NCBI GenBank assembly: GCA_001799575.1
Contig: MGTT01000028.1
Span: 79,274-143,273, forward strand
DNA: 64,000 bases
Direction of reading: 5' to 3'
DNA from: Elusimicrobia bacterium GWA2_56_46
Lineage (GTDB): Bacteria > Elusimicrobiota > Elusimicrobia > Elusimicrobiales > UBA9959
Positions 50,444-59,566 of the stretch are shown here, piece by piece. Position 1 is the first letter of the stretch, and the number at the start of each line of letters is the position of its first letter. Below the pieces are notes generated by a model. It worked only from the letters and a program-made list of their open reading frames with translations. It made no database searches and was not told where the DNA came from. A program made the position numbers and the translations under genes.

Positions 50444-51262
50444 ATGGAACAGAACGAGCGGCCGCGCGGCGGGATAGACATACAGAAGCTCAAGAAGACG
50501 GGGGCTGTGGTGCTCCCTTCTCTTTTCACTATCGCCAATATGGGTTTCGGTTTCTTTTCCATAATCTCGGCTTCCGAACGCAATTACGTTCTGGCGGCCT
50601 GGTTCGTCATCATGTCTTATGTGATGGATATGCTGGACGGCCGCATCGCCCGTCTGGTGCATGGGGAGAGTTCTTTCGGCGTGGAGATAGATTCGCTGTC
50701 CGACTGGATCTCGTTCGGCATAGCGCCCGCCTATCTGATGTACAATCTTGTGCTGAAAGACTACGGTTTCTGGGCCTATCCCGTGGCCTTTCTTTACGTT
50801 CTGTGCGGGGCGCTGCGCCTGGCGCGTTTCAACGTCAAGGCCCATTTAGGGGAGAGTTCAAAATCCTACTTCCAGGGTCTGCCTATTCCGGCGGCGGCCG
50901 GCATCCTCGTCTCTTTTGTCCTGGCGTACAGCCTGCTGGAGGCGGAGGGCAGCGTCAGGAACATAAAACTGATCATGAATCAGATGCCTTTTGTCTACGG
51001 TATCGCGCCGTTTATTATGATAGCGTTGTCCCTGCTGATGGTCTCCTCCGTACCCTACGCCGCTTTCAAACAGGGCGGCTTCTTCAAGCCCGCTTCCATA
51101 AAGGGCATGCTTCTGATCCTGAGCGTGATCTTTCTTATAGCGGCTTATCCGCAGGACGCGCTGTTCCTTTTCTTCTCGCTGTACGCTTTGTCGGGCCTGT
51201 TTATCGGTCTGTTCAAAGCCGCGTATTCCATAGGAAAGGCGAAAGCCGACAGTAAACCATAA
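50444..51262 (+). CDS. pssA: CDP-diacylglycerol--serine O-phosphatidyltransferase.
   Basis: It has the CDP-alcohol phosphatidyltransferase motif D(x)2DG(x)2AR...G(x)3D(x)3D. An AGGAGG RBS sits 5 nt upstream. Confidence 0.85.
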   Translation: MEQNERPRGGIDIQKLKKTGAVVLPSLFTIANMGFGFFSIISASERNYVLAAWFVIMSYVMDMLDGRIARLVHGESSFGVEIDSLSDWISFGIAPAYLMYNLVLKDYGFWAYPVAFLYVLCGALRLARFNVKAHLGESSKSYFQGLPIPAAAGILVSFVLAYSLLEAEGSVRNIKLIMNQMPFVYGIAPFIMIALSLLMVSSVPYAAFKQGGFFKPASIKGMLLILSVIFLIAAYPQDALFLFFSLYALSGLFIGLFKAAYSIGKAKADSKP

Positions 51263-51319
51263 ACGACGGGCAGCCCGCCAGTCAGCCTCTTCTTCCGTTC
51301 TCCCGGATCCGGGATCCTG

Positions 51320-52690
51320 TTATTTCTTTTTCGGGAACAGCGCCGCCGCCTTTTGCGTTTCAAAGCCGGCGGCGGAAGTCCTGGCTACCGCCAGGCCCAG
51401 CTGCATTCTGGTGGCGGTATCGGGCATGAAGGGGTAGATCCAGCCGGCGATGGCCCGCAGGGACCAGACAAGGTCGTATAGAAAAAGTTTAAGAGTTTCC
51501 GGTTCCGTATCGGCCAGTTTCCAGGGTTGTTTTTCTTCTATGGCCTTGTTGAGCAGCGCCACGGCCCGCCGGACATCGTCCAGCGCTTCCGAAAATCTAA
51601 GAGCGTCTATCTTCCTGTCCAGCTCCGGGCCGCCGGCCGAGATCTTTCCGAAGAGCTCCGCGTCGCCGGGACGGTCGGGCAGGCGGTCGGCCAGGTATTT
51701 CCGGACCATGCCCAGAACCCTGGAGAAAAGATTGCCCAGGCCGCCGGCCAGATCCGAGTTGTAGCGCCGCTTCAAAGTTTCAGGGGAAAAATTCCCATCG
51801 GCGGCGAAAGGGACTTCGCAGAACAGATAGTAACGGAGCGCGTCCGCCCCGTATTCCCGGATGATCTCTTCCGGCTCGATAAAGCCGCTTTCCGTTCCGG
51901 CCGCGCGGGCTGCGAACATCTTGCGCCCGTGGAGGTGGATCGTCTTTGGCGGTTCCAGGCCCAGCGCCAGAAGGAGGGCTGGCCAGAGAACCGCGTGAAA
52001 ATGGAGGGACTCTTTCCCCGTCACGTGCGCGTCCGCGGGCCATTTCATCTGGAAATTATCGGAGGGAGCGTCCGGATCATAGCCCGCCCCTGTGGCGTAA
52101 CCGAGCAGCGTGTCGAACCACGCTGAGATGGTGAGCCTCGGGTTTGCGGGTATTGTTATTCCCCAGCCGGTTTTGGCGCTGGAAACCGGGATATCTTTGA
52201 GACCCGATCCGACGAAGTTCGCCGCTTCCCGGGCAAAGCGGCCGGGCGTGAGGAACATCGGGTTGTCCGCGTAATGCGCGAGCAGCGCTTTCCCGTACCC
52301 GGAGAGCCGGAAGAAGCAGGCGTCCTTTCCGTAATAGATGTCCCCGGTCTTAACCAGTTTTTCAAAAGCCGCGCGCACCGCTTTTTCGTGCGCCCGGCCG
52401 CTGGTTCCGGTGAACAGGTCGCGGCTGATTCCCAGCGATTTCCAGAGCTTGTCTAATTTTCCGGAGACCGAGCCGCACCAGGCTTCCGCGGTCAGGCCTT
52501 TTTCCGCGGCCGCCCTTTCGACCCCGGCGCCGTGTTCCGCGGCCACGGTCTGAAAAAAAACGGGGATCTGGCGCGCGCGCTTGTGCCGGGCCAGGATATC
52601 GGCGGCCAGGGCGGAGTAAATGTGGCCGAGATCGGGAGCGCCGGTCACGGAACAGGGCGCGCTGGTGATATAAAAATAGATCTTCGGCAT
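51320..52690 (-). CDS. Methionyl-tRNA synthetase-like protein with degenerate catalytic motifs: HIGH reads DLGH and KMSKS reads KMFAA.
   Basis: It aligns to short-type MetRS along its whole length, including AAD..ARxKR, WFDxL, HxxGKD..FHAVxWP and the C-terminal anticodon-binding domain. The two class-I signature motifs are not conserved. It lies 1 nt after the holB stop. Confidence 0.7.
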   Translation of the reverse strand: MPKIYFYITSAPCSVTGAPDLGHIYSALAADILARHKRARQIPVFFQTVAAEHGAGVERAAAEKGLTAEAWCGSVSGKLDKLWKSLGISRDLFTGTSGRAHEKAVRAAFEKLVKTGDIYYGKDACFFRLSGYGKALLAHYADNPMFLTPGRFAREAANFVGSGLKDIPVSSAKTGWGITIPANPRLTISAWFDTLLGYATGAGYDPDAPSDNFQMKWPADAHVTGKESLHFHAVLWPALLLALGLEPPKTIHLHGRKMFAARAAGTESGFIEPEEIIREYGADALRYYLFCEVPFAADGNFSPETLKRRYNSDLAGGLGNLFSRVLGMVRKYLADRLPDRPGDAELFGKISAGGPELDRKIDALRFSEALDDVRRAVALLNKAIEEKQPWKLADTEPETLKLFLYDLVWSLRAIAGWIYPFMPDTATRMQLGLAVARTSAAGFETQKAAALFPKKK

Positions 52691-52691
52691 T

Positions 52692-53744
52692 TCAGCGGTT
52701 CCGGAGACCGTCCAGGGATACCGACAGTTTGTCGCTTTCAAGCAGCGCCGCTTCCAGCACCAGTCCGTGAGAAACGTTCTGGTTCAGGAACCGGCGGTAT
52801 TCCATAAGTTTACCGATCAGGGCCGCATAGGCGCGCGCGCTCCCGCCGGGGGGCTGCGCCAGCCAGCGTTTTCTGGCGGAAACCAGCAGCATCTCCAGCA
52901 TGAGCTTCGCTTCCTCGCGCGCCAGATAGGGTTCGCGGGGAAGGCTTGAGACCAGTTTGAAAATTTTGGCCGGGCCGGAAGCCGCGATGCCTGCAAGCCG
53001 GTCGCGGACCTTTTTGATATCGACGGCTTTTTTTACCGAGCCACCCGACAGTTCGCTCAGGACGGAAGCTTCGTCCAGCGTCATGCCGTCCCTTTCCAGA
53101 AGCTCTTCCACCGCCGCGGCGGAAAGCCGCGTGAATTCCACGGCGTAGCTCCGGGAGATGATGGTCGGAAGGAGCAGGTTTTTCTTGGCGGCGATAAGGA
53201 GGAAAACGGTGCCGGGGGGCGGTTCCTCAAGAACCTTTAACATCGCGTTCTGGGCGTTCGCGTTAAGCGTGTGGGCGTCGTTTATAATAAAGATCTTCCA
53301 CTCGGAGAGAATGGCTTTTTGGTAGACATGGCGCGTGAATTCCCTTACGGTGTCGATGCGCAGGGTCTTCTGTTTCCGGGCGTCCTCTTCAAGAAGGAGC
53401 CCCTGGAATTCGGAGTCTATGATCCTCACGTCGGGGTGCACACCTTTGTCGATCTGCGAGCAGGAAACGCACCGGCCGCAGGCGTCTTCAGAGGGATGAG
53501 GGATGAGGGATGAGGGATGAAGGGGGGAGCCGGAGGAGGGGGCGAAAAGGTCGTCTTCGGGTTTTGGTTCCTGCCGGGGGGTGTGGGTGCAGTTAAGAGC
53601 TTTGGCGAATTCTTTCGCCGCCAGGAATTTACCGGTCCCTTCGGGGCCTGAGAACAGAAGCGCGGGCGGTACGCGCCCGCCGGAGACGAGGGCCTTAAGT
53701 TTTTTTATCGCGCTTTCGTGGCCGAGGATGTTGTTGAAAGACAT
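52692..53744 (-). CDS. holB: DNA polymerase III delta-prime subunit.
   Basis: There is an AAA+ N-terminus (LLFSGPEGTGK) and a Zn module. A Pro/Ser-rich insertion is encoded by a heptamer repeat. Confidence 0.85.
   Translation of the reverse strand: MSFNNILGHESAIKKLKALVSGGRVPPALLFSGPEGTGKFLAAKEFAKALNCTHTPRQEPKPEDDLFAPSSGSPLHPSSLIPHPSEDACGRCVSCSQIDKGVHPDVRIIDSEFQGLLLEEDARKQKTLRIDTVREFTRHVYQKAILSEWKIFIINDAHTLNANAQNAMLKVLEEPPPGTVFLLIAAKKNLLLPTIISRSYAVEFTRLSAAAVEELLERDGMTLDEASVLSELSGGSVKKAVDIKKVRDRLAGIAASGPAKIFKLVSSLPREPYLAREEAKLMLEMLLVSARKRWLAQPPGGSARAYAALIGKLMEYRRFLNQNVSHGLVLEAALLESDKLSVSLDGLRNR
53493..53520. repeat. Heptamer tandem repeat (GGGATGA)x4 inside the holB coding sequence.
   Basis: gggatgagggatgagggatgagggatga. 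On the coding (minus) strand it encodes ...HPSSLIPHPS... Confidence 0.8.
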
Positions 53745-53808
53745 GGTTGTTTGAAAGAGACAGGGACGTAAAGTAATTCAGTTCGCAGACTTTACGTCCT
53801 TGTCCAGA

Positions 53809-54432
53809 TCACTTTGCAGCTATCCCAAACCTTGCCGCCAGCCTGGCGGTTATGGCCGCGTGTATTTTCTCCACGGATCCGGCGGCGTCGATCCTGAAAG
53901 AGCCTGGACGCGCGGCCAGAGCCGAGTAGGCCTTGTTGACCCTGAGCCTGAAAGCGGTGTCCTGGCGTTCCATCCTGTCCGATCCAAGGTTCCTGCCGCG
54001 CTTGAAAAACTCGCTGTCAGGCATGGTGAAAACGATGGTCAGATCCGGCTTGAGGCCGGCGGTGGCTATGCGGTTCAGTGTCGCGACCATTTTGAGATCC
54101 AGTTTTCTGCCGTAGCCCTGGTAGGCCGTGGTGGCCATGGTGAAGCGGTCGGAGATGATTATTCTCCCGGCTTTCAGGGCGGGCCTGATTATGTCGGCGG
54201 TATGCTGCGCCCTGGCGGCCTCGTAAAGCAGGAGTTCGGTCAGGGGGCTGATCTTGTTTTCAGGGTCGAGGAGAATCTCGCGGATGGCCTCGGAAATGCG
54301 CGCCCCTCCGGGTTCGCGGGTTAAAACCGTTTTGAGGCCTTTTTTCTTCAGCCAGGCGGCCAGAAGTCCGGCCTGGGTGGATTTGCCGGAGCGATCCGGT
54401 CCCTCGAAGACTATAAAGAGGCCTCTTTTCAT
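53809..54432 (-). CDS. tmk: Thymidylate kinase.
   Basis: The P-loop FIVFEGPDRSGKST, the DRF motif and the position upstream of holB fit Tmk. Confidence 0.9.
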   Translation of the reverse strand: MKRGLFIVFEGPDRSGKSTQAGLLAAWLKKKGLKTVLTREPGGARISEAIREILLDPENKISPLTELLLYEAARAQHTADIIRPALKAGRIIISDRFTMATTAYQGYGRKLDLKMVATLNRIATAGLKPDLTIVFTMPDSEFFKRGRNLGSDRMERQDTAFRLRVNKAYSALAARPGSFRIDAAGSVEKIHAAITARLAARFGIAAK

Positions 54433-54527
54433 ACCTATATGATAGCAACAGAAAGCTAAAGAAAGCAACGGAACGCCAATCGAAGTAATGTAACGCCGAG
54501 CCAGTGGATTTTGGGTGAAGCTCCGCA

Positions 54528-54610
54528 GGATAGTAAAGCGGGGGCCTGCCGGGGTGAGGCCTTTTCGCGTTCCGTCGGCGGCCTGCCGGGTCGAAAAGGC
54601 CTCACCCCGG
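54528..54610. repeat. Palindromic hairpin element of the same family as 3590-3680.
   Basis: ggggtgaggccttttcgcgttccgtcggcggcctgccgggtcgaaaaggcctcacccc is a perfect 17 bp stem. It is preceded by a gatagtaaagcgggggcctgccgggg leader similar to the one at 3590. Confidence 0.75.
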
Positions 54611-54804
54611 CACCCCGCATAAGGCTTACGCGCTTGATGGTCGCTCGACTAAATTTCCCGGCGCTCGCCTCAACCCCAAGCCACTTATAAAACAAAGCCG
54701 CCGGTTTCCCGGCAATGGTGGTAAATGCACTGTATCTTAAAAAGGGCGGGATAATGATGTTGTGTTTTAGGTCGTAACGTGAGGAACTACAATACGCGTA
54801 AGTT

Positions 54805-55005
54805 TTAGGGAGGGGCGGCGCCGGGTTTTCTGTGCGCTCCATTCGGAGGGTTTTAAGACCGGGGTCTGGAGCGTATCCCTCCGGGACGGCGGTGAATGTT
54901 TGAGGCAAAAAACTTTGCTTTTTTGCCGAGTTCGCACGCCGACGGAAGACCCCGGTCTTCTTCTCCATAAAACCCGAACCCGGAGCGCGCGGGAAACCCG
55001 GCGCC
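54805..55005. ncRNA. Structured RNA, copy 2. It is paralogous to 3889-4085, and its helices are maintained by compensatory substitutions.
   Basis: The closing helix pairs ccgggttttctgtgcgctcc with ggagcgcgcgggaaacccgg. The inner helix pairs ccggggtc with gaccccgg, compared with ccggagtc/gactccgg in copy 1. The central hairpin is ggcaaaaaac...ttttttgcc. Confidence 0.55.
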
Positions 55006-55417
55006 GCCCCGACTCCGCTATCCTGCGGTTCGTAACTCAAAGTCAATCAGCCATGCGCAAGTTTACGAACATCCGGAGCGGCCGCAGTCGTGGCAGGTGG
55101 GGCCGGAACAGCCGGGATTCATAACTTGCATGGGAGGACTCCCAGGCGATGCCGACGCTGGCCGGTGATACGTGATGTTTTGCCGAGCCGCGAAATTAAA
55201 CTATAATCTGGAGATGTCAATGAGGACAGGTGTGGCGATGATTTTAACCGCTAATATACCTTTAGGCAATATTTATGCAACACGGAAATACTAAAGTCAG
55301 TCTGGAGGCGCGGCAATCTGGAAGCGGGGCAATTTATAGCCTTACATCCCGAACCTGAACCGCTTTACGCCTTTGCCTCTAAGCGGTTTTGCATCTATAT
55401 AACGGAGCGAATAAAAT

Positions 55418-57844
55418 ATGCCCGATCAATTCGACGAGTCCTCGCTTAACGAGGAAGCCATAACCGACGTGGAAACGGCCAGGCTGGCTTTACGCTGGGC
55501 ACTGGACAAGATCCGCGCTTTGCAGGAAGAGGCCATGCGTTCCAGGCAGAATCTGCAGGAGAAGTCTTCCCAGGCGGCGTTCATTGAGAACCAGCTGAAA
55601 GGGAAGAACTCGGAGATCGAAAGGATCCTGCGCACCCACGAAGAGGAGCTGAAGTCCACCCAGAATTCGCTGGAGTACCAGTTCCGCTCAAAACTGGAGC
55701 GGCTCGCCGAAAGAGAAAAGGAACTGGAAGACAAGTCCTCCAGGCAGGAGGAGATCCTTAAGCAGAAAGAGACCAGACTGCTTGACGATTATCAGAAAAA
55801 ATCTGACGAGCTGCGCGCCCGCTGGGCCCAGGTGGAAGCCGAGCTCTGGCGGCTGCGCCAGGAACATATGCTCAAGCAGCAGGAATTCGAGAAGCTTTAT
55901 GCCGCCAGGCTTGAGGACGAGCGCGCCAAGGCCGCCGCTGAAATGGAGAACGTCCGCGCCGGGTTCGAGAAGACTTACGCCGACAGGATCGCGGATCTGG
56001 AAAAAAGGGAACGCGCCGCCGCCGACGAACTGAAAAAGCAGGAAGCCATGCTCAAGTGGTCCAAAGACAGCTTCCAGGCCGAGGCGGCGGAGCGCGAAAA
56101 AGCTTTAAAGCAGAAAGACCTGGATATCGAAAAAAAATTGATGGAGAAAAACCAGGAGATAGAGGATTACAGGGTAAAAGAGGGCCTGCTTCAGAAGCAG
56201 TTGTCTGATCTGCCCGAGGCTGTCCGCAAGCGCGATGAAGATCTGAACAGGTACAAGCAGGCCATGGAGAGCCTCGAAAGCGTCATCCGCACCCTCGAAA
56301 ACGAGAAAAAAAACCTGCGGGCCGAGCTGGAACAGAAGGTGTCGCGCCTGAACGAGGCCCTGGAGGCGGAGAAGAAAAAGTACGGAGAAATGGAGGCTGA
56401 GATCCCCAAGCGGCTCAAGATCGCCGTAGAGCACGAGCGCGGCCGGCTGACCGAACGGCTTGCCGGCGTGGAGGCCGGTTACAAGGAGGATCTGCGCCGC
56501 CGCCAGGAAGAGGCGGCGTATCTTGAAAGAACCCTTAAGACCCTGGAGGAGAACAACAAGACCCTGCAGGCGGAGCGGGACTCTTTTTCGTACAAGATAG
56601 AGCAGTTACAGACCCAGTACGGCATAAAACAGGAGGAATTTTCTTTCAGGGAAAAGCAGCTTCAGTCCGAATATGACGTCAGGCTCAAGGTGGAACTGGA
56701 AAAACAGTCGGAGGCCATGAGGAACGAGCTTGAGTCGGCCCGGCGTATTTACGAGGACAATCTGCGCCTGAAAATAGAGGAGATAGCGCACCTGCGCCGG
56801 GAACTGGAGGGGGCCGTAAACGACAGGATGTCTTTCCAGACCCAGGCCGCCGAATTACGCCGCGCCGTGGACGCCGTCAAGGCCAAAGGCGAGAACGAAC
56901 TGTCCGCCCTCCGGGCGCAGCTTAAAGGCGCGTATGAACGGCAGCTTTCCGCGGAGCTTGCGGAAGCCGGGGATCGCCAGGCCGCGGAAAAGCAGAAGCT
57001 CGCCGCGGCTTTCGACGCGCGGCTCAAAGAAGAGGGGCTTGAAGTTTCCAGAAAAGAGGAGGAACTTCAGCGCCTCAGGAACGACATGAACAGGCTGGAA
57101 GCGGCCGGCAGGGAGGCCCTGGCCGCGGAGCGCCAGCGCGGGAAGACTGAGCTCCAGGTCCAGGCGGCGTCGTTCGCCGATACGGTGAAGATCTACGAGG
57201 ACAAGGTGAGCAACCTTAACAAGGCGATGGAGTCGCTGAAAGTGGAAAGAGAGGAGATGATCCTCCTGGAACGGGAGCGGCTTGAGAGGTTATATTCCGA
57301 AAAAGAGAAAGATTTCGACGAAAGGCTTTACCGGAAAGATCAGGAAGCGGTGCGTCTGCGGGAAGAGGCCTCCGGCCTGCGCAACGAGCGCGCCAATCTC
57401 GCCGCCGAACTGGCCAGGGAAAAAGAGCTGGGGAATGGGCGGATCCGCGTTCTCAACGAGAAACTGACGGGCAAGGAAGCGGAATTCCAGGGCCGCCTGG
57501 ACGAAGCCCTCGGGAAAGAGATGCGGCGGGCGGGGGAAACGCTTGACAAAAAGAATCAGGAACTGGACGCTCTGCTTCAGGCGAAAGAGACCCAGGAAAA
57601 TATGTACCGTAAGTCGCTGGAGGAGTTCCGGGCCAGGCTTTCCGAGGCCGTGACCAGGCTTGAGACGCTTAAAAAACTGGCTGATGAACGGGGCGCGCGC
57701 GTGGACGCCCTGGAGCGGGAACTGGATCAGATCCGGAAGTTCTCTTCCGAAGAGAACTCCTCCCTCGCCGCCAGGCTGGCCGCAAAGGAAAAGGACTGGC
57801 GCGAGCTGAGGGCCGAGTATGAGAAGCTGAAGAATGGGGGATGA
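55418..57844 (+). CDS. 808-aa protein that is coiled-coil for nearly its whole length (cytoskeletal or scaffold-like, with no recognisable enzymatic domain).
   Basis: It is extremely rich in E, K, R, L and A, with heptad-like periodicity throughout. There is no TM helix or signal peptide, and the ORF is long and uninterrupted. Confidence 0.7.
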   Translation: MPDQFDESSLNEEAITDVETARLALRWALDKIRALQEEAMRSRQNLQEKSSQAAFIENQLKGKNSEIERILRTHEEELKSTQNSLEYQFRSKLERLAEREKELEDKSSRQEEILKQKETRLLDDYQKKSDELRARWAQVEAELWRLRQEHMLKQQEFEKLYAARLEDERAKAAAEMENVRAGFEKTYADRIADLEKRERAAADELKKQEAMLKWSKDSFQAEAAEREKALKQKDLDIEKKLMEKNQEIEDYRVKEGLLQKQLSDLPEAVRKRDEDLNRYKQAMESLESVIRTLENEKKNLRAELEQKVSRLNEALEAEKKKYGEMEAEIPKRLKIAVEHERGRLTERLAGVEAGYKEDLRRRQEEAAYLERTLKTLEENNKTLQAERDSFSYKIEQLQTQYGIKQEEFSFREKQLQSEYDVRLKVELEKQSEAMRNELESARRIYEDNLRLKIEEIAHLRRELEGAVNDRMSFQTQAAELRRAVDAVKAKGENELSALRAQLKGAYERQLSAELAEAGDRQAAEKQKLAAAFDARLKEEGLEVSRKEEELQRLRNDMNRLEAAGREALAAERQRGKTELQVQAASFADTVKIYEDKVSNLNKAMESLKVEREEMILLERERLERLYSEKEKDFDERLYRKDQEAVRLREEASGLRNERANLAAELAREKELGNGRIRVLNEKLTGKEAEFQGRLDEALGKEMRRAGETLDKKNQELDALLQAKETQENMYRKSLEEFRARLSEAVTRLETLKKLADERGARVDALERELDQIRKFSSEENSSLAARLAAKEKDWRELRAEYEKLKNGG

Positions 57845-57862
57845 GGTAAATTTGGCTGAAAA

Positions 57863-57908
57863 CAAAAATTCCCCGTCCGCTTTAAGCGGACGGGGAATTT
57901 TATTTTTA
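57863..57908. terminator. Bidirectional rho-independent terminator between the convergent coiled-coil and pilin genes.
   Basis: ccccgtccgc-tttaa-gcggacgggg is flanked by A-run and T-run tracts on both strands. Confidence 0.7.
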
Positions 57909-57925
57909 CCCTGAAATTTTCCAGG

Positions 57926-58396
57926 TTAATCCAGCAGTTCGGCGCAGTTGGCCGCGCCGCCGGGGCAGGCCGATATTACGACAGCCGGCGAGTCTGGAAC
58001 CGTGGCGCTTATGGCGTAGGCGCCGTACCGGGGGGCCACGGTGGGCGTGGTGCGGCGCGTCATCGTGATCCTGTATCCGGGGCCGCCGCCCGCGGCGACC
58101 ACGAGCGCCAGGCTGCCTGTGAAAAACTTGGTGGGCAGGACTGTCGCGGTCATTGGAACCCCGGAGTAGGAGTAGGAGATGTCCAATTGCGTAAAATCGG
58201 CGGTATATACGCCGCCCTTGGCGAGAAAGCGCTCTTCCGCGGATTTTATGGTGGAGATGACGCTCATGGCCTCGGAAACGCGCGCTTTTTCCACCACTTT
58301 AAAGTACTGCGGTATGGCGATGGACGCCAGGATGCCGATGATCAGCACCACGACCAGCAACTCGATGAGTGTAAAACCCTTTTTATTCGCGGTCAT
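57926..58396 (-). CDS. Type IV pilin / pseudopilin with a prepilin N-terminal methylation motif.
   Basis: KGFTLIELLVVVLIIGILA is the classic class III signal and hydrophobic alpha-1 helix. Confidence 0.88.
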   Translation of the reverse strand: MTANKKGFTLIELLVVVLIIGILASIAIPQYFKVVEKARVSEAMSVISTIKSAEERFLAKGGVYTADFTQLDISYSYSGVPMTATVLPTKFFTGSLALVVAAGGGPGYRITMTRRTTPTVAPRYGAYAISATVPDSPAVVISACPGGAANCAELLD

Positions 58397-58423
58397 AGTC
58401 CCCCTGCCGAGAGAATTTTGTTT

Positions 58424-58495
58424 TGCGCCCGGCGCGATTCGAACGCGCGGCCACTCGCTTAAAAGGCGAATGCTCTACCCCTGAGCTACGGGCGC
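58424..58495 (-). tRNA. tRNA-Lys (anticodon UUU).
   Basis: The reverse complement is GCGCCCGTAGCTCAGGGGTAGAGCATTCGCCTTTTAAGCGAGTGGCCGCGCGTTCGAATCGCGCCGGGCGCA, with anticodon loop CTTTTAA. Confidence 0.85.
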
Positions 58496-58570
58496 AAAGT
58501 GCTACGGATTGATTATACCAAAATACGGCCGCCTTGCAAATTTTGCGATCTTTTGAAATTACACGGGGTA

Positions 58571-59476
58571 ATGAAATATAATGTACGGATGGCTCCGGCG
58601 AAAAAGTACAGAGTTAAGGTGCGTCTGAAAATCCGGAACCGGATTTTCAGGAATGCCGGGTTTGCGCTGTCCTCGTTCGCCGCAGCCGCCGTCCTCGCGT
58701 ACTGTTGTTTCAGCGCCGCCCGGTTCGCCGCCGCGCGTTTCCCCGGACATTTTTTTGCTTTCACTTTTAAAAGCCTGTCGGTGGAGGCTCCTTCCGGAGA
58801 GATCTCCGCGGAGATTTCCCGACGCCTTGACGGGAAGCTGGGCGGGACTTTTTCCACGGGGGAGGCGGCGGAGTTCGCCGCCGGCCTGAAAAAAAACTAT
58901 CCCGCCTTGAGCCGGGTGGAAGTCAGCCGGAATTTTATCAGCGGACGAGTGAGCGTTCGCGCAGAGGCCGAGAAAGTGGTGGCAAAAGTCCGGCTTAACG
59001 GCGGGGAAACTTTTTATCTTTCGGAGAACGGGCGCCTTCTCAGGGAATACTGCGGCGTCGGGCCGGAAGACAGCTTTGAAACCGAGATCTACGCCGGTCC
59101 GGCCGCCGGCCTGGGGCCGTTCGCCGTTTTTTTGAGGGAACTTAAGACCATGACTCCGGATTTCTTTTCCCGGCCGGTAAGGCTGGAATACCGCCTCCCG
59201 GGCGCGGAGGGCCGTTCAGGAACAAGCCCGGGATCCCCGGCCCCGGCGGCCCCCGATCCCCGCATCCCGCGTCCTCCGGACGGCGGATACTGCCGGCTTA
59301 CTCTTGAAAACAGCGCGCTGGTGCTGTGGGGGGAATTGGGATTTACGAAATCCAAGATCTCGCGGCTTAACGAGGTTCTCGGCGACGCCGCGCGCAGGAT
59401 AAACGGCCCCCTGAAAGTGGACTTCCGTTATTTCCGGGACGGAAAAGTTTTTGTTTCTAAACTGGCCGGTATTTAA
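58571..59476 (+). CDS. ftsQ: Cell division protein FtsQ/DivIB-like (TM plus POTRA). The start is uncertain; the longest ORF begins at 58499.
   Basis: There is a single TM helix, a POTRA-like region, and a position immediately upstream of ftsA-ftsZ. Confidence 0.6.
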   Translation: MKYNVRMAPAKKYRVKVRLKIRNRIFRNAGFALSSFAAAAVLAYCCFSAARFAAARFPGHFFAFTFKSLSVEAPSGEISAEISRRLDGKLGGTFSTGEAAEFAAGLKKNYPALSRVEVSRNFISGRVSVRAEAEKVVAKVRLNGGETFYLSENGRLLREYCGVGPEDSFETEIYAGPAAGLGPFAVFLRELKTMTPDFFSRPVRLEYRLPGAEGRSGTSPGSPAPAAPDPRIPRPPDGGYCRLTLENSALVLWGELGFTKSKISRLNEVLGDAARRINGPLKVDFRYFRDGKVFVSKLAGI

Positions 59477-59566
59477 GTAGAATAAAGGAAGACGCCGGAT
59501 TCGCGCGGCTCCGCGGATTTGGCGCCCCTTTTCGCGGCAATTTTCTGATAAAACTGGAGCTCTCAT

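Noticed and set aside
51296-51316. The palindrome tcccggatccggga after pssA, considered as a terminator.
   Set aside because: The stem has essentially no loop and no clear U-tract, so it is probably not a functional intrinsic terminator.
54456-55046. A 196-aa minus-strand ORF and an 82-aa ORF (3855-4103) covering the structured RNA copies.
   Set aside because: Both overlap the conserved base-paired segments, and their composition is atypical for coding sequence. Nucleotide conservation follows pairing rather than codon position.
58499-58570. The longest-ORF start of ftsQ at 58499, abutting tRNA-Lys.
   Set aside because: The ATG at 58571 (MKYNVRMAP...) leaves room for a promoter and RBS after the tRNA. 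The upstream extension is low-complexity.
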